Shown here piece by piece: positions 8,650-18,626 of a stretch of 64,000 nucleotides of DNA. The translations under genes and the position numbers were made by a program. Numbering within the stretch: the first letter of the stretch is position 1; each line of letters starts with the position of its first letter. Origin of the DNA: an uncultured Dehalococcoidaceae bacterium (lineage in GTDB: Bacteria; Chloroflexota; Dehalococcoidia; Dehalococcoidales; RBG-16-60-22); assembly GCA_964493435.1 (NCBI GenBank), contig CAZBMB010000004.1:66719-130718 (forward strand), in the 5' to 3' direction. The notes below the pieces were generated by a model that worked only from the letters and a program-made list of their open reading frames with translations, made no database searches and had not been told where the DNA came from.

Positions 8650-9090
8650 CTAGCGCAGCCCCTTTTGCCCCTGCTTGACTACCATATTAATCATCATCTT
8701 GGGCAGCCAGCCTGTTGCCACCTGCTGGGCCAGGGAAATTCTATCCATGGTCGTCCTGACTTCTTTGATTTTGTCGCCGGCAAACTCGTAGGCGCACATG
8801 GCCAGAATGGTTGCCTTCTTCCCTGCCGTGGTACCGGAAATTTCATGTTCAAAAAAGGCTTTGTTCCCCTGGGCAATGATGCCATGGCCACATTCTTTGA
8901 CCTTGACATCTTTCATCTGGCCATACATCCACGCTACATAACGCCGTAGCTCGTTCTTGCCCTTGAAAGTACCACTGGGATTAATCCAGACGCCGTCTTC
9001 AGTGAAGTAGGCCAGCGACTTCTCCACGTCGCCATCTTCCATGGTCTTGACGAACTCACGCATGATTGAGGGGATTTTTTCTTCAGGCAT
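8650..9090 (-). CDS. SnoaL-like / NTF2-fold protein
   Basis: The ORF-track entry is 8650..9141. I prefer the ATG at 9088-9090 (MPEEKIPS...), which is preceded by AGGAGGTAAACAAA. Sequence features are those of a ketosteroid-isomerase/SnoaL-like fold (FTEDGVWINPSGTFKG...). Confidence 0.6.
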   Translation of the reverse strand: MPEEKIPSIMREFVKTMEDGDVEKSLAYFTEDGVWINPSGTFKGKNELRRYVAWMYGQMKDVKVKECGHGIIAQGNKAFFEHEISGTTAGKKATILAMCAYEFAGDKIKEVRTTMDRISLAQQVATGWLPKMMINMVVKQGQKGLR

Positions 9091-9226
9091 TTTGTTTACC
9101 TCCTGTGTCTTTGATGGAAATAAAAAGATGCCAGCGACCACACTCCTAACTATGTGGCACTGGCGCTATCTTTCACAGCTCAAACCTCAACCAGTTACTA
9201 CGGTTACTTTTTTGCAGGTGACATTA

Positions 9227-9254
9227 ATTATAATCCTAATTCGGCTATTGTCAA
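9227..9254 (-). promoter_or_regulatory. near-consensus sigma70-type promoter (minus strand)
   Basis: The minus strand reads TTGACA (9254-9249), a 16-nt spacer, then TATAAT (9232-9227). It points toward the SnoaL-like gene about 130 nt downstream. Confidence 0.4.
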
Positions 9255-9296
9255 TAGCTTTTAATTAACTAGGTCGGTAATATTACTGGCCTTCCC

Positions 9297-10907
9297 TTAC
9301 CATGTCCCCATGGCGCAGCCGTCTTTACGCGGGTCAGAACCGGCAATGAGCGCCCCGTTCTTCGGGTACACCATGATTATCTGCCCCCCACCAAACTGCT
9401 GGGAGAGCGGGTCATCCAGGTAAGCGATGCGATGCCCTTTCTCCGCCAGTGCTTTCAGGACACTTCCCGGAATTCCCGGCTCAAAGACACACTCGTTGCT
9501 GGCGGCAATATATCTGAATCTCGGCGCGTCCAGCGCGGTCTGCATATCCATGTCAAAATCTATTATATTGAGCAGCACCTGCAATTGGCCCTGCGGTTGC
9601 ATGAAGCCACCCATCACGCCAAAGGTCAGAAACAGCCGTTCCTCCCTGAAGACCATGGCCGGGATAATGGTATGGTAAGGTCGCTTGTGCGGGGCGATGG
9701 CATTGGGGTGGCCGTCATCAAGAGAGAACAGGGCCCCGCGGTTCTGCAGGCAGATGCCAGTCCCGGCAACGACAACGCCGGAGCCAAACGCCTGGTACAG
9801 GCTGTTGATTAAAGATATGCTGTTGCCATCTTTATCCGTCGCGGCCAGATAAACCGTATCCCCGTCCTTATCGGGGATGCCGGCGGTTACCTTCTCCCCG
9901 GCACGGTTTTTATCAACCAACTTTCTTCTGCTCTCGGCATACTTTTTACCGAGCAGCTGCTTCAAGGCGATATTGACAAAATCAGGGTCGGCGATGTATC
10001 TATCGCCGTCGGCAAAGGCCAGCTTCAGCGCTTCAATCAGCAGGTGCAGATATTCCGGCGAGTTATGCCCCATTGACTTTAAATCGTAATCTTCCAGCAC
10101 ATTCAGGGCGAGCAGTGTTACCAGGCCTTGTCCGTTCGGCGGGCATTCAAAAACTTCGTATCCGCGGTAGCTGGTGCTGATGGGAGTTACCCAGTCGGAC
10201 TTATGGTCACGCAGGTCTGCCATGGCAATAAGGCCACCATGCTTTTCAGAGCAGGCAACGATTGCCTCGGCAATTTCACCCCGGTAGAAGACGTCCCTTC
10301 CTCCCCGTGCGATTTTTTTAAATGTGCTAGCCAGGTCAGGCTGCACAAATATCTCACCCGGCTCAGGCGCCCGTCCCTTAGGCAAGTAAGTCCGGGCAGC
10401 GGCTATGTCTTTTTCCAGCTTTGGCTGGCTGTCCTGCCATCGATTAGCGGTAATCTCCGTAACCGGATACCCATTTTCAGCCAGGGCAATGGCTGGTGCT
10501 AGCACCTGCTCCAGTTCCATCGTGCCGCATGATTCAAGCAACGCGCACCAGCCACCCAGTGTCCCAGGAATGGTAACGGGGTGAATCCCCGTCTCCGGCA
10601 TCTTTTGAAAGCCCATGCTTCTCATTCTTTCCAGACTGGCGGCATGCGGGGCCCGCCCGCTGGCGTTAAGGGCTTTCAGTTCCCCGCTTTTACTGATATA
10701 CACCAGAGCAAAGAGGTCGCCACCCAGCCCGGTCATCATCGGCTCAACCACATTCAGGGCGGCGGCGGTGGCGATGGCGGCATCAATGGCATTGCCCCCC
10801 TGCTGCAGTATGCTTACCCCGGCCTGTGTTGCCAGATACTGGCTTGACGCCACCATACCACCCGTGCTCATCACTGCCGTGCGCCGGGACGGAAATGCAT
10901 ATTTCAT
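9297..10907 (-). CDS. ggt: gamma-glutamyltransferase family protein (YwrD-like; no obvious signal peptide)
   Basis: 536 aa. GGDTVYLAATDKDGNSISLINSLYQAFGSG contains the autoprocessing Thr region, and HKRPYHTIIPAMV and GVMGGFMQPQG are also present. Confidence 0.9.
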   Translation of the reverse strand: MKYAFPSRRTAVMSTGGMVASSQYLATQAGVSILQQGGNAIDAAIATAAALNVVEPMMTGLGGDLFALVYISKSGELKALNASGRAPHAASLERMRSMGFQKMPETGIHPVTIPGTLGGWCALLESCGTMELEQVLAPAIALAENGYPVTEITANRWQDSQPKLEKDIAAARTYLPKGRAPEPGEIFVQPDLASTFKKIARGGRDVFYRGEIAEAIVACSEKHGGLIAMADLRDHKSDWVTPISTSYRGYEVFECPPNGQGLVTLLALNVLEDYDLKSMGHNSPEYLHLLIEALKLAFADGDRYIADPDFVNIALKQLLGKKYAESRRKLVDKNRAGEKVTAGIPDKDGDTVYLAATDKDGNSISLINSLYQAFGSGVVVAGTGICLQNRGALFSLDDGHPNAIAPHKRPYHTIIPAMVFREERLFLTFGVMGGFMQPQGQLQVLLNIIDFDMDMQTALDAPRFRYIAASNECVFEPGIPGSVLKALAEKGHRIAYLDDPLSQQFGGGQIIMVYPKNGALIAGSDPRKDGCAMGTW

Positions 10908-11076
10908 GCCTTCACCTCTTTCTATATTTCATCGTACCAAACACTGCCAGTATTTATAATAACATCGGTGCCGAATCGTTTCCACAGACCGGCTTCTATC
11001 CCTGCTGTGGAAATCCGCCGCCCATTGGGCTAGAATATGAGGCGGCTAATACTAAAATAAATAAAAAGGAGTTAAT

Positions 11077-11799
11077 ATGCCGGAATTAACCGAGGAGCAA
11101 ATGTTTCATAAATTGCTGGGCTTCAATACCCCATCAATAACCAATATCGTTGCCACCTACCCGAATAATCCGCTATGCCTGGGACTGTATGAACCATGGC
11201 GCCAGAACTGGTACACCGACCAGTCCGTCCGCTGCCTTTATCCCACGCTGGGGACAAGGATGGGCTACGCCGTAACTGTGGTCTTCTCCCTGCCCAACCC
11301 GAACTACAGGCGCTGGGCAATAATCGACCTTTTTGAAGTAATCGCCAAGGCGAAAAAGCCGGCCGTCCTAGTCATCAAGCAGGACTTCCCGCCTGACATA
11401 CTGCCCAAGGTAGGACTGGCCGGAGGTCAGATGACCGCCGCCCTCAAAGCCTGTGGGGTGGTGGGTGTGGTCACCGATGGCCCGACGAGAGATATCGATG
11501 AGATACGGCCTTTAGAGATGCAGTATCTTACCACCGGGGTAACACCGGGACACGGTGAAATGGCGATAAGCGCCATTAACGTCCCGGTTTCCGTCGCGGC
11601 GATGGATGTCGTTCCCGGTGAGATAGTACACATGGACGAAAATGGTGCCGTCAAATTCCCGGCCGACAGACTGGCCGATATCTGCCAGAACATCGATGCC
11701 TTTACCGCCAAGGAGCAGGAGCGCGCTGATAACGTGCTGGCAGCAAAAACGTTCGCCCAGATGAAAAAGGCCTGGCAGCGTGAAGACCTGCCGGGATAA
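11077..11799 (+). CDS. RraA-family protein (putative 4-hydroxy-4-methyl-2-oxoglutarate aldolase/oxaloacetate decarboxylase-like)
   Basis: 240 aa. GGQMTAALKACGVVGVVTDGPTRDIDEI matches the RraA-fold signature. AAAGGAG RBS upstream. Confidence 0.75.
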   Translation: MPELTEEQMFHKLLGFNTPSITNIVATYPNNPLCLGLYEPWRQNWYTDQSVRCLYPTLGTRMGYAVTVVFSLPNPNYRRWAIIDLFEVIAKAKKPAVLVIKQDFPPDILPKVGLAGGQMTAALKACGVVGVVTDGPTRDIDEIRPLEMQYLTTGVTPGHGEMAISAINVPVSVAAMDVVPGEIVHMDENGAVKFPADRLADICQNIDAFTAKEQERADNVLAAKTFAQMKKAWQREDLPG

Positions 11800-11832
11800 A
11801 ATACGGGACTAAACACCTGAAGATATACCCCG

Positions 11833-12333
11833 TTAAACCAGCTTGGCGTCCTGCAGGATTTCCGCCATCCAGCGTGCCGCCTTGCCCACCACCTCCGGGC
11901 AGTAAATCTCATGGGCACCGGCATTGTGGAATTTTTCAGCCTCCTGCTTGTCCGCCAGATAGTAAGGCCGGCCCATCACCTTGGTCTGGATATTGCGGCA
12001 GATGATGGAACCATACTCATCTATGAATTTCTGGCGCAGCTTTCCCGCCAGCTCATGGGTCTTGTAACGAATGCCTTCGGGGTCATCGAATTTGTCCCGC
12101 TCCCGGCCCACTATATGGCCCATGACCATGATGGCGCCAACGTAGCCACCGCAGCTTCCTTCTGTGCTCAGTGCCGAGCCGCCGGAAAGACCGGTGGCCG
12201 ACTTGAATATATCGTCGTTTCTGATGTCGAAAACGTCCTGAAGCGCGGCGATAGCACACTGGCTACAGCCACGATACGTCTTCTCGTAGTAGTGACCACG
12301 CTCATAGGCTTTGTCGGCAACGCTTTCTGCCAT
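11833..12333 (-). CDS. C_GCAxxG_C_C-family putative redox-active protein
   Basis: 166 aa. The cysteine pattern is GCSQCAIAAL...SCGGYVGA...CRNI...CPEVV. Confidence 0.65.
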   Translation of the reverse strand: MAESVADKAYERGHYYEKTYRGCSQCAIAALQDVFDIRNDDIFKSATGLSGGSALSTEGSCGGYVGAIMVMGHIVGRERDKFDDPEGIRYKTHELAGKLRQKFIDEYGSIICRNIQTKVMGRPYYLADKQEAEKFHNAGAHEIYCPEVVGKAARWMAEILQDAKLV

Positions 12334-12447
12334 AGTTCAATCCTCCGTTTTACCTAATTATATTCAGGTCAATTGCAAGACCTATTGTAGCCATTAAAAC
12401 TTCTGATTTCAAGATAGCTGCCTGGCAAATTCACTATCCACAGCCGG

Positions 12448-13269
12448 TTACCTCTGCCCCGGCTCGCTGAAATAAGGGCGATATGGCGCGGCGGCTACAA
12501 TCGCCTCCACGCTTACCCCGGTGGCGTCCTCTGTCCTGGCCGCAATTTCACCCAGTTTCTCGGCCGGAACTTCCTTCAGCAAGGAAGCCGCCGCCGGTCG
12601 ATGGAGGGAGTAAATCTGCGCTTTTACGGGCTTTGTCTCCCCAACGCGCTCAATCCATGCCGCCAGCTGTCGCTCATCTATATTGCAGAATTTGCCATCG
12701 ACGAACATCGTCTGCAGGGTAACATCCGCCATGGATTTTAAATATCCCAGTATTTCCTGGTAATCGACCGGCGGGCAGGGGCGGTTTATCTCCTGAAAAG
12801 TCTCCTTGTCGCCCGCGTCCAGCTTCATTATCCTGAAGTCCAGCCTGTTGAGCGCCGAGCGTACCCTATCCATCGTCACCGTTGAGGAATTGGTCAGAAC
12901 GCCGAGGCGGGCAGCGGGGTAATACCTGTTCTTCAATTCAGCAGCGATGCCTACCAGGTCAGCGAACCGGGGGTGCAGCGTCGGTTCTCCATTACCGGAG
13001 AACGTAATATTGTCTATTCCCTCACTTTTCTGTTCCGCAAGGACGCGCTCCAGCGCTCTGCTGAAATCATCCTCACCGGGAAAATCCCCGGCATAGGGGG
13101 CGGTATCAAGCGTGATGACATCGGTCCAGCCGTACTGGCAGTACACACAGTTGAACGAGCAGAGTTTGTACTTCACCGGTGAAACATTCAAACCGAGTGA
13201 CCGCCCCAGCCGGCGCGACCTCACCGGGCCATAAATGATGCCCGATTTTAACGGAATACCCTGTTTCAT
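12448..13269 (-). CDS. radical SAM protein
   Basis: 273 aa. CSFNCVYCQYG is the CxxxCxxC cluster motif, preceded by YGPVRSRRLGRSLGLN and followed by a GNGEPTLHP glycine-rich SAM motif. Confidence 0.8.
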   Translation of the reverse strand: MKQGIPLKSGIIYGPVRSRRLGRSLGLNVSPVKYKLCSFNCVYCQYGWTDVITLDTAPYAGDFPGEDDFSRALERVLAEQKSEGIDNITFSGNGEPTLHPRFADLVGIAAELKNRYYPAARLGVLTNSSTVTMDRVRSALNRLDFRIMKLDAGDKETFQEINRPCPPVDYQEILGYLKSMADVTLQTMFVDGKFCNIDERQLAAWIERVGETKPVKAQIYSLHRPAAASLLKEVPAEKLGEIAARTEDATGVSVEAIVAAAPYRPYFSEPGQR

Positions 13270-13338
13270 GGCCTACTGCTCAGGTATATCAATACCCCAA
13301 TCACCATAAACGATTGCCATTGCCTTGTCAAACCGACT

Positions 13339-14217
13339 TCACTTCGTTCCCAGATAACGCGGTGTCTGCCTGAGGACGATGAATATTCCGGCCAGAATAA
13401 GGACGCCGCCGATGATTTCACTGGCCGTTGGCACCTCATGCAGGATGAAGTAGCCCAGCAGGGTCGCTCCGACCGGCTCGCCGAGAATGGCCACCGAGAC
13501 AAAGGTTACCGGTATCAGCCGCACCGCCAGATTAAAACTGGAGTGCCCGATGAGCTGCGGGACTACCGCCAGCAGCACCATCATCAGGTAAGTCGTGCCG
13601 GAATAACCGGTGAAAGGATAGCCAAAGCCGGCGGTCGCCAGCAGCAGTATAACCGCCGCCCCGGTATAAATCATGGTCAGGTACGGCAGAATTTCGATTC
13701 TGGTCTTCAACTGCCCCCCGATGATAAGGTAACCGCCCATGGCGAAGCCGGCAATCAGGGCCAGTACATCCCCCAGAATAGGCTGCTGGCCAAAGGTAAA
13801 ACCACTGTAATTGATGAGCACTATGCCAGCGAAAGCGATCGCCATGCCGCCGATGGTCAGCCGGTTCAGCACCTCATGCCAGAGGAAATAGGAGATGACG
13901 GCTACAAAGGCCGGATGGCAGGTCACCAGAATGACCGAGCTGGCGATGGAGGTATAGCTGAGCGACGTAATCCAGAGCGCGAAGTGCAGCGCCAGAAAGA
14001 AGCTGGAGGAAAGGAGCAAAAGGCCATCGCGCCCGGATAGCCGTTTTATAGTCGATATCGTCTTTTTATAGGCAAACGGGATGAGGATAAGCGAGGCTAT
14101 GGTCAAACGATAGGCGGCGATGACCAGTGGCGGCGCCTCCGCCAGCCGTATAAATATCGCCGCGAAGGAAACTGACACCACCCCGACCAGCAGGACAAGA
14201 TACGCTCTCATTCCCAT
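13339..14217 (-). CDS. EamA/DMT-family transporter
   Basis: The ORF-track entry is 13339..14298. About 10 hydrophobic segments form two EamA-like halves. I place the start at MGMRAYLV..., but the start is uncertain. Confidence 0.8.
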   Translation of the reverse strand: MGMRAYLVLLVGVVSVSFAAIFIRLAEAPPLVIAAYRLTIASLILIPFAYKKTISTIKRLSGRDGLLLLSSSFFLALHFALWITSLSYTSIASSVILVTCHPAFVAVISYFLWHEVLNRLTIGGMAIAFAGIVLINYSGFTFGQQPILGDVLALIAGFAMGGYLIIGGQLKTRIEILPYLTMIYTGAAVILLLATAGFGYPFTGYSGTTYLMMVLLAVVPQLIGHSSFNLAVRLIPVTFVSVAILGEPVGATLLGYFILHEVPTASEIIGGVLILAGIFIVLRQTPRYLGTK

Positions 14218-14364
14218 AGCCCTGTAATTTGTTGTTACCCAAATCCTATTGATGAAACGCCGCTTTGTCAATACAGGCGATGGGATAATTGCGACCACGA
14301 TACGTGTTGTGCTACACTAAATAACTGATTTTTCAAATCTTTTAACATCACCGCAAGGAGGACT

Positions 14365-14745
14365 TTGGCTATGGATAAGAGAATTCGCATCAAGGCCGGG
14401 ACAGTGGCAGCACTGGCCGAACTGAATGATACTGAGACTGCGCAGGCAATCTGGGATAAACTGCCCGTCAAGGGCCGCGCCAACATCTGGGGAGACGAGA
14501 TATATTTCAGTATTCCGGTCAGCGGTGTTCAGGAGAAGGGGCAGGAGCTGGTGGAAGTCGGCGACCTTGGTTACTGGCCACCGGGACAGGCCTTCTGTAT
14601 CTTCTTTGGCCCCACCCCGATGAGCGAAGGTGATAAACCACGCCCGGCCAGCCCGGTTACCGTCTTCGGGCAAGTCATCGGTGATGCCGCGGTTTTCAAA
14701 CAGGTTGACGCCGGCACTGAGGTGACCATTGAGAAGGAAAGCTGA
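14365..14745 (+). CDS. cyclophilin-like fold protein (DUF3830/TM1367-like)
   Basis: 126 aa. IRIKAGTVAALAELNDTETAQAIWDKLPV...IWGDEIYFSIPV...GDLGYWPPGQAFCIFFGPTP fits that family pattern. Confidence 0.6.
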   Translation: MAMDKRIRIKAGTVAALAELNDTETAQAIWDKLPVKGRANIWGDEIYFSIPVSGVQEKGQELVEVGDLGYWPPGQAFCIFFGPTPMSEGDKPRPASPVTVFGQVIGDAAVFKQVDAGTEVTIEKES

Positions 14746-14775
14746 TACCAGCCCAGAACTCAAGGAGGTTCCGTA

Positions 14776-15831
14776 TTGAAGCGCAGCGATACCCGCTTTA
14801 AAGTGGTCCTGCCGCTTGCCCCTGCTGGAGAGTCGGCCAAGTATCCGCAGAAGTTCCGCGAACTGGGGGCGGAGTTCAGCGGTCAGCACTGCGGCAGCGA
14901 TGATGACTTCATGGCTCTGGCCGGAGATGCTGATGCCATAATCACCGTGGGCAGCATCCGTCCTGTACCCCGAAAGATTATTGAACAACTGGAAAACTGC
15001 CGGCTTATCTGCAACACCCAGATTGGCTATGATAGCATTGATACCGCGGCCGCGGCGGAACGCGGCATCCTGGTGACCAATGTGCCTGACTACTGCGTGG
15101 GCGAGGTGTCTGACCATGCCATGTCACTTATCCTGGCCTGCACACGGAAAGTGGTGCGACTGGATAAAGCGGTCAAGAAGGGAAAGTGGGGCCTTTCCGG
15201 AGACACCGTTGAAATTCAACAGCAGATATGGCCCACCATGACCAAGCTCGAGGGTCAGACGCTCGGTATTTTTGGCTTCGGCAGGGTAGGCCGGTCGCTG
15301 GTGCCCAAAGCCAGAGGGTTCGGGATGCGCATCATCGCCCATGACCCGTATGTTGCCCCGGAGACCGCGCAGCAGATGGACGTGAAGATGGTGGACTGGA
15401 AAGGCCTGCTCCGAGAATCTGATTTCATTTCCATACACGCGGCATTGACCGGGGAAACCAGAAAAATATTTAACCACGATGCCTTCACTGAAATGAAGCC
15501 GACTGCCTGCCTGATAAACACTGCCCGCGGCGGCTTCGTTGACGAGGCGCCCCTCTATCAGGCCCTCAAAGAAGGCATGATTGCCATGGCCGCGCTGGAT
15601 GTCATGGACCCGGAACCCCCTGACCCCGGCAGCCCCCTCTTCGCTCTGGAAAACTTCATCAGCACCGCCCATTCCGCCTTTTATTCCCCGGACTCCGAGG
15701 CGGAACGCTGGCACCGTCCCGTCCTGGAGGTGGCAAGGGTTATGCGCGGCGAATGGCCCATAGCCGTGGTAAATCCCGATGCCAAAGAAAAGTACACCGC
15801 CCGATGGGGCAGCATGAAAGAGGCGAGTTAG
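14776..15831 (+). CDS. D-isomer-specific 2-hydroxyacid dehydrogenase (CtBP-like), paralog 2
   Basis: 351 aa. TTG start 8 nt after AAGGAGG. Motifs GIFGFGRVGRSL...AHDPY, NTARGGFVD and STAHSAFYS. The C-terminal tail GEWP..VN...KEKYTARWG parallels paralog 1. Confidence 0.85.
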   Translation: MKRSDTRFKVVLPLAPAGESAKYPQKFRELGAEFSGQHCGSDDDFMALAGDADAIITVGSIRPVPRKIIEQLENCRLICNTQIGYDSIDTAAAAERGILVTNVPDYCVGEVSDHAMSLILACTRKVVRLDKAVKKGKWGLSGDTVEIQQQIWPTMTKLEGQTLGIFGFGRVGRSLVPKARGFGMRIIAHDPYVAPETAQQMDVKMVDWKGLLRESDFISIHAALTGETRKIFNHDAFTEMKPTACLINTARGGFVDEAPLYQALKEGMIAMAALDVMDPEPPDPGSPLFALENFISTAHSAFYSPDSEAERWHRPVLEVARVMRGEWPIAVVNPDAKEKYTARWGSMKEAS

Positions 15832-15835
15832 AAAA

Positions 15836-16984
15836 TCACCCGCGTTTTCCCCAGAGCAGCGCCGTGCAGCTCAGAGCCACGGCAAACATAACCATAGCCA
15901 CCCCGGATAACGTGGTAAAGAACTGGTAAGTGTCAATCAGATAGCCAATCAGCAAAGTGATGGCTGGCCCCCCGCGACTGCCCATATAGTAGAGACCGAG
16001 CACCGTGGAGCGTTTCTGCGGTGAAACGTGGCTGATGATGTATGACTCCACCACCGGCATGCCAACATGCATCGCCGTGCCCATAAGGAGCAGCACGGCA
16101 TAAAGGCTGAAGCCCAGGGATACATAATTCAAGAGGTATATCGCAGGCCCGGCGACCAGCCCGACAGCGATAATGATCGGTATCCGCCCGAAACGGTCCG
16201 ACAGGAAGCCACCCAGGGGACCACCCCATAGACCGCCAAAATAGGCAATGGACAGCAGGGCCGCGCCTGCCTCTTCGCTGGCACCGAGCATGTCAACGGC
16301 GTAGAGTGATACAAACTGGAGAGTGGAGTAAACAAAGACCATGCTGGCTATGCCCACCGCAATAATAGCTATCAACCGGCGCAGGTCGCCAGGTTCGGAC
16401 GGCTTCGCTGCGGAAGCACCGGCTGCCTTCTTCGGCGCCGCGGCTGTATACCCCTTGCTTCCAAGCAGCAGATAGAACGCTATACCGAAGGCTATGGCGG
16501 GAATTGATATGGAAAGGAAGGCACCACGCCAGCCCAAGGCACTGGCGATGCCAGCGGCAATGAGAGGGGCAAGGAAAAAGCTGCCCGTGCCACCTATCTG
16601 ATGGATGCCCAGTGCTTTTCCCCGGTTCTCCGGCTCAACCGAGGCGGATACCAGCGGTGATGCGGCCGGATGGTAACCGCCACCCATCAGCCCCAGGATA
16701 ACGAGGAAAAGCGCCAGGACGATATAGCTCGGGGAAAGTCCGATCAAAAGCCCGGCAAACGCCACCCCGGCCACACCAGCCGTGAGCATTATACGCGGGC
16801 CGAGGCGGTCAGCTGCCCAGCCGGCCGGAAGCTGGCTGAGACCATAGGAAAGATTATAGGCAAAGAGCAGTCCGCCTACCTGAGTGTATGAGAGAGCAAA
16901 ATCACTGCGGATAAAAGGGAGAAGCGGCGAAAGCAACGCCATCATCAGATGGTGCGAGAAGTGAGCGATAACGAAAAGAGGCAA
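15836..16984 (-). CDS. MFS transporter
   Basis: 382 aa of 10-12 predicted hydrophobic helices. The track start is a TTG. The frame stays open about 20 codons further upstream, so the true start is uncertain. Confidence 0.8.
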   Translation of the reverse strand: MPLFVIAHFSHHLMMALLSPLLPFIRSDFALSYTQVGGLLFAYNLSYGLSQLPAGWAADRLGPRIMLTAGVAGVAFAGLLIGLSPSYIVLALFLVILGLMGGGYHPAASPLVSASVEPENRGKALGIHQIGGTGSFFLAPLIAAGIASALGWRGAFLSISIPAIAFGIAFYLLLGSKGYTAAAPKKAAGASAAKPSEPGDLRRLIAIIAVGIASMVFVYSTLQFVSLYAVDMLGASEEAGAALLSIAYFGGLWGGPLGGFLSDRFGRIPIIIAVGLVAGPAIYLLNYVSLGFSLYAVLLLMGTAMHVGMPVVESYIISHVSPQKRSTVLGLYYMGSRGGPAITLLIGYLIDTYQFFTTLSGVAMVMFAVALSCTALLWGKRG

Positions 16985-17155
16985 AAGCCCGGCTAAAAAT
17001 GTCCCTACGCCGCGTCTTTTAATAATCGCTTCCTTTCCAGTCTACTTCTACCAGATATGAGCCGCAGTCGGTTTTATATTACCTGCAATCAGGACAGAAT
17101 TATAAACCTTTCCCGCCATAATGACAAGAAATGTATCAAATGCCGGCCATCAAGG

Positions 17156-18415
17156 TTATTTTTGAACCGCTGACCTGACCTTTTTCAGTACCATGGTCAA
17201 CGTCACCGCAACGAAGCTGATGACGATGGCGATGATGAAGGCAAGCTGGTAGCTCTGCGTCACATCAAAGACCTCTCCCCCCACCCAGGCACCAAAGGCG
17301 CCACCAACGGTGGAGCCGAAAACTATCACCCCGACCAGGGCAGCCACGGCGCGCAGCCCGAAAAAACGCCCGATCAATACCGGCATCTGTGGTATTTCAC
17401 CGCCGTAGGCGAAGCCAAAGACGATAGCGAAAAGGTAGAACATCCACGGCTCCCGGGTAAAAATAAGAAAAGTCAGAGTGGACATCATGATGATACAGCA
17501 GGCCAGCAGGGCGTTATTAGCGCCTATGCGGTCGGAGGCAGCACCCATGAGCAACCGGCCCAAAAAGCTGCCGATGCCTATTATGCTGATGAAGGTGGCG
17601 GCAATCAGTGACGCAATCCCGATATCGGTGGCGTAATTCACCAGGTGGACCATCACCATCTGCAGGCAAAAGTTGAATAGAAAATAGACGATAAAGAGCA
17701 TCCACAGCGGTTTATACCGTGCCGCCGCTTTCAGGGCGATGCCTGTTTCGGCGCCGCCTATCGTTTCCTGTTCCACGTTTGCCAACGCTGTTATGGTTTC
17801 ATCCGAACCATAAGGGCGAAGTCCTTTTCCAGCGGGATCGCGTCGCAGCATAAGTGCACTTGGAATCATAATCACCCAGGTTGCCGCGGCCAGAACCAGG
17901 TATGCCGTTGACCAGTTAAAAGCAGCGATGAGGCGCTCAGAAACCGGCGCTATAATCAGGGTGCCAATGCCGGCACCACTGGCGACAATGCCCAGGGCCA
18001 GTCCACGACGCTTGAGAAACCAGCGGGCTGTGGTTGACGTGGTGGTGGTAAAACCAGCGCCCTCGCCGATACCAAAAATCAATCCATAGGTCACGTAAAG
18101 CTGCCACAACATATTGACCTGGCTGCTGAGCGCCAGCCCCATGCCAGCGATAAAGGCACACCCCGCCATTACTTTGGCAGGACCGACTCTGTCCGCCAGC
18201 CACCCCATTAAAACGGCAGAGGCACCATGGACTACCATAAAGAGGGAGTGTACGCCAGAGGTGGCTGCCCGACTCCAGCCGAAATCAGCAATCAAATGCT
18301 TGAAGAAGACACCGTAGCTGTAAATCAGCCCAACGTGCATCGACATGATAACGGTGCTGGCAGCAACGATGACCCAGCCGTAAAAGATAGCCTGCCCGCT
18401 TGGTGCTGAATTCAA
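17156..18415 (-). CDS. MFS transporter (oxalate/formate-antiporter-like subfamily)
   Basis: 419 aa with 12 hydrophobic segments. The N-terminus FYGWVIVAASTVIM...YSYGVFF resembles OFA-type MFS proteins. Confidence 0.8.
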   Translation of the reverse strand: MNSAPSGQAIFYGWVIVAASTVIMSMHVGLIYSYGVFFKHLIADFGWSRAATSGVHSLFMVVHGASAVLMGWLADRVGPAKVMAGCAFIAGMGLALSSQVNMLWQLYVTYGLIFGIGEGAGFTTTTSTTARWFLKRRGLALGIVASGAGIGTLIIAPVSERLIAAFNWSTAYLVLAAATWVIMIPSALMLRRDPAGKGLRPYGSDETITALANVEQETIGGAETGIALKAAARYKPLWMLFIVYFLFNFCLQMVMVHLVNYATDIGIASLIAATFISIIGIGSFLGRLLMGAASDRIGANNALLACCIIMMSTLTFLIFTREPWMFYLFAIVFGFAYGGEIPQMPVLIGRFFGLRAVAALVGVIVFGSTVGGAFGAWVGGEVFDVTQSYQLAFIIAIVISFVAVTLTMVLKKVRSAVQK

Positions 18416-18626
18416 TCTGTTCTGACTGTCGGGAATCAGAAAAAGCCCTCCTCATGAAAATAGACAACAAGTCCCAATCCCTCAGGCATTCTACGTTATC
18501 GCCGTCGCGTTTGTAAAATTCCGCCCGCACCTGTGTCCCGCCATATTTTTGCCAATCATAAACGAACCATGTAAAATAAATGAGGAATTTGAAATATTAC
18601 TGTTAGCTTTAGGAGGTCAGGGCATA

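Noticed and set aside
14317-15117. 266-aa minus-strand ORF
   Set aside because: It overlaps both the cyclophilin-like gene and the 2-hydroxyacid dehydrogenase on the opposite strand. No recognisable domain, so it is a shadow ORF.
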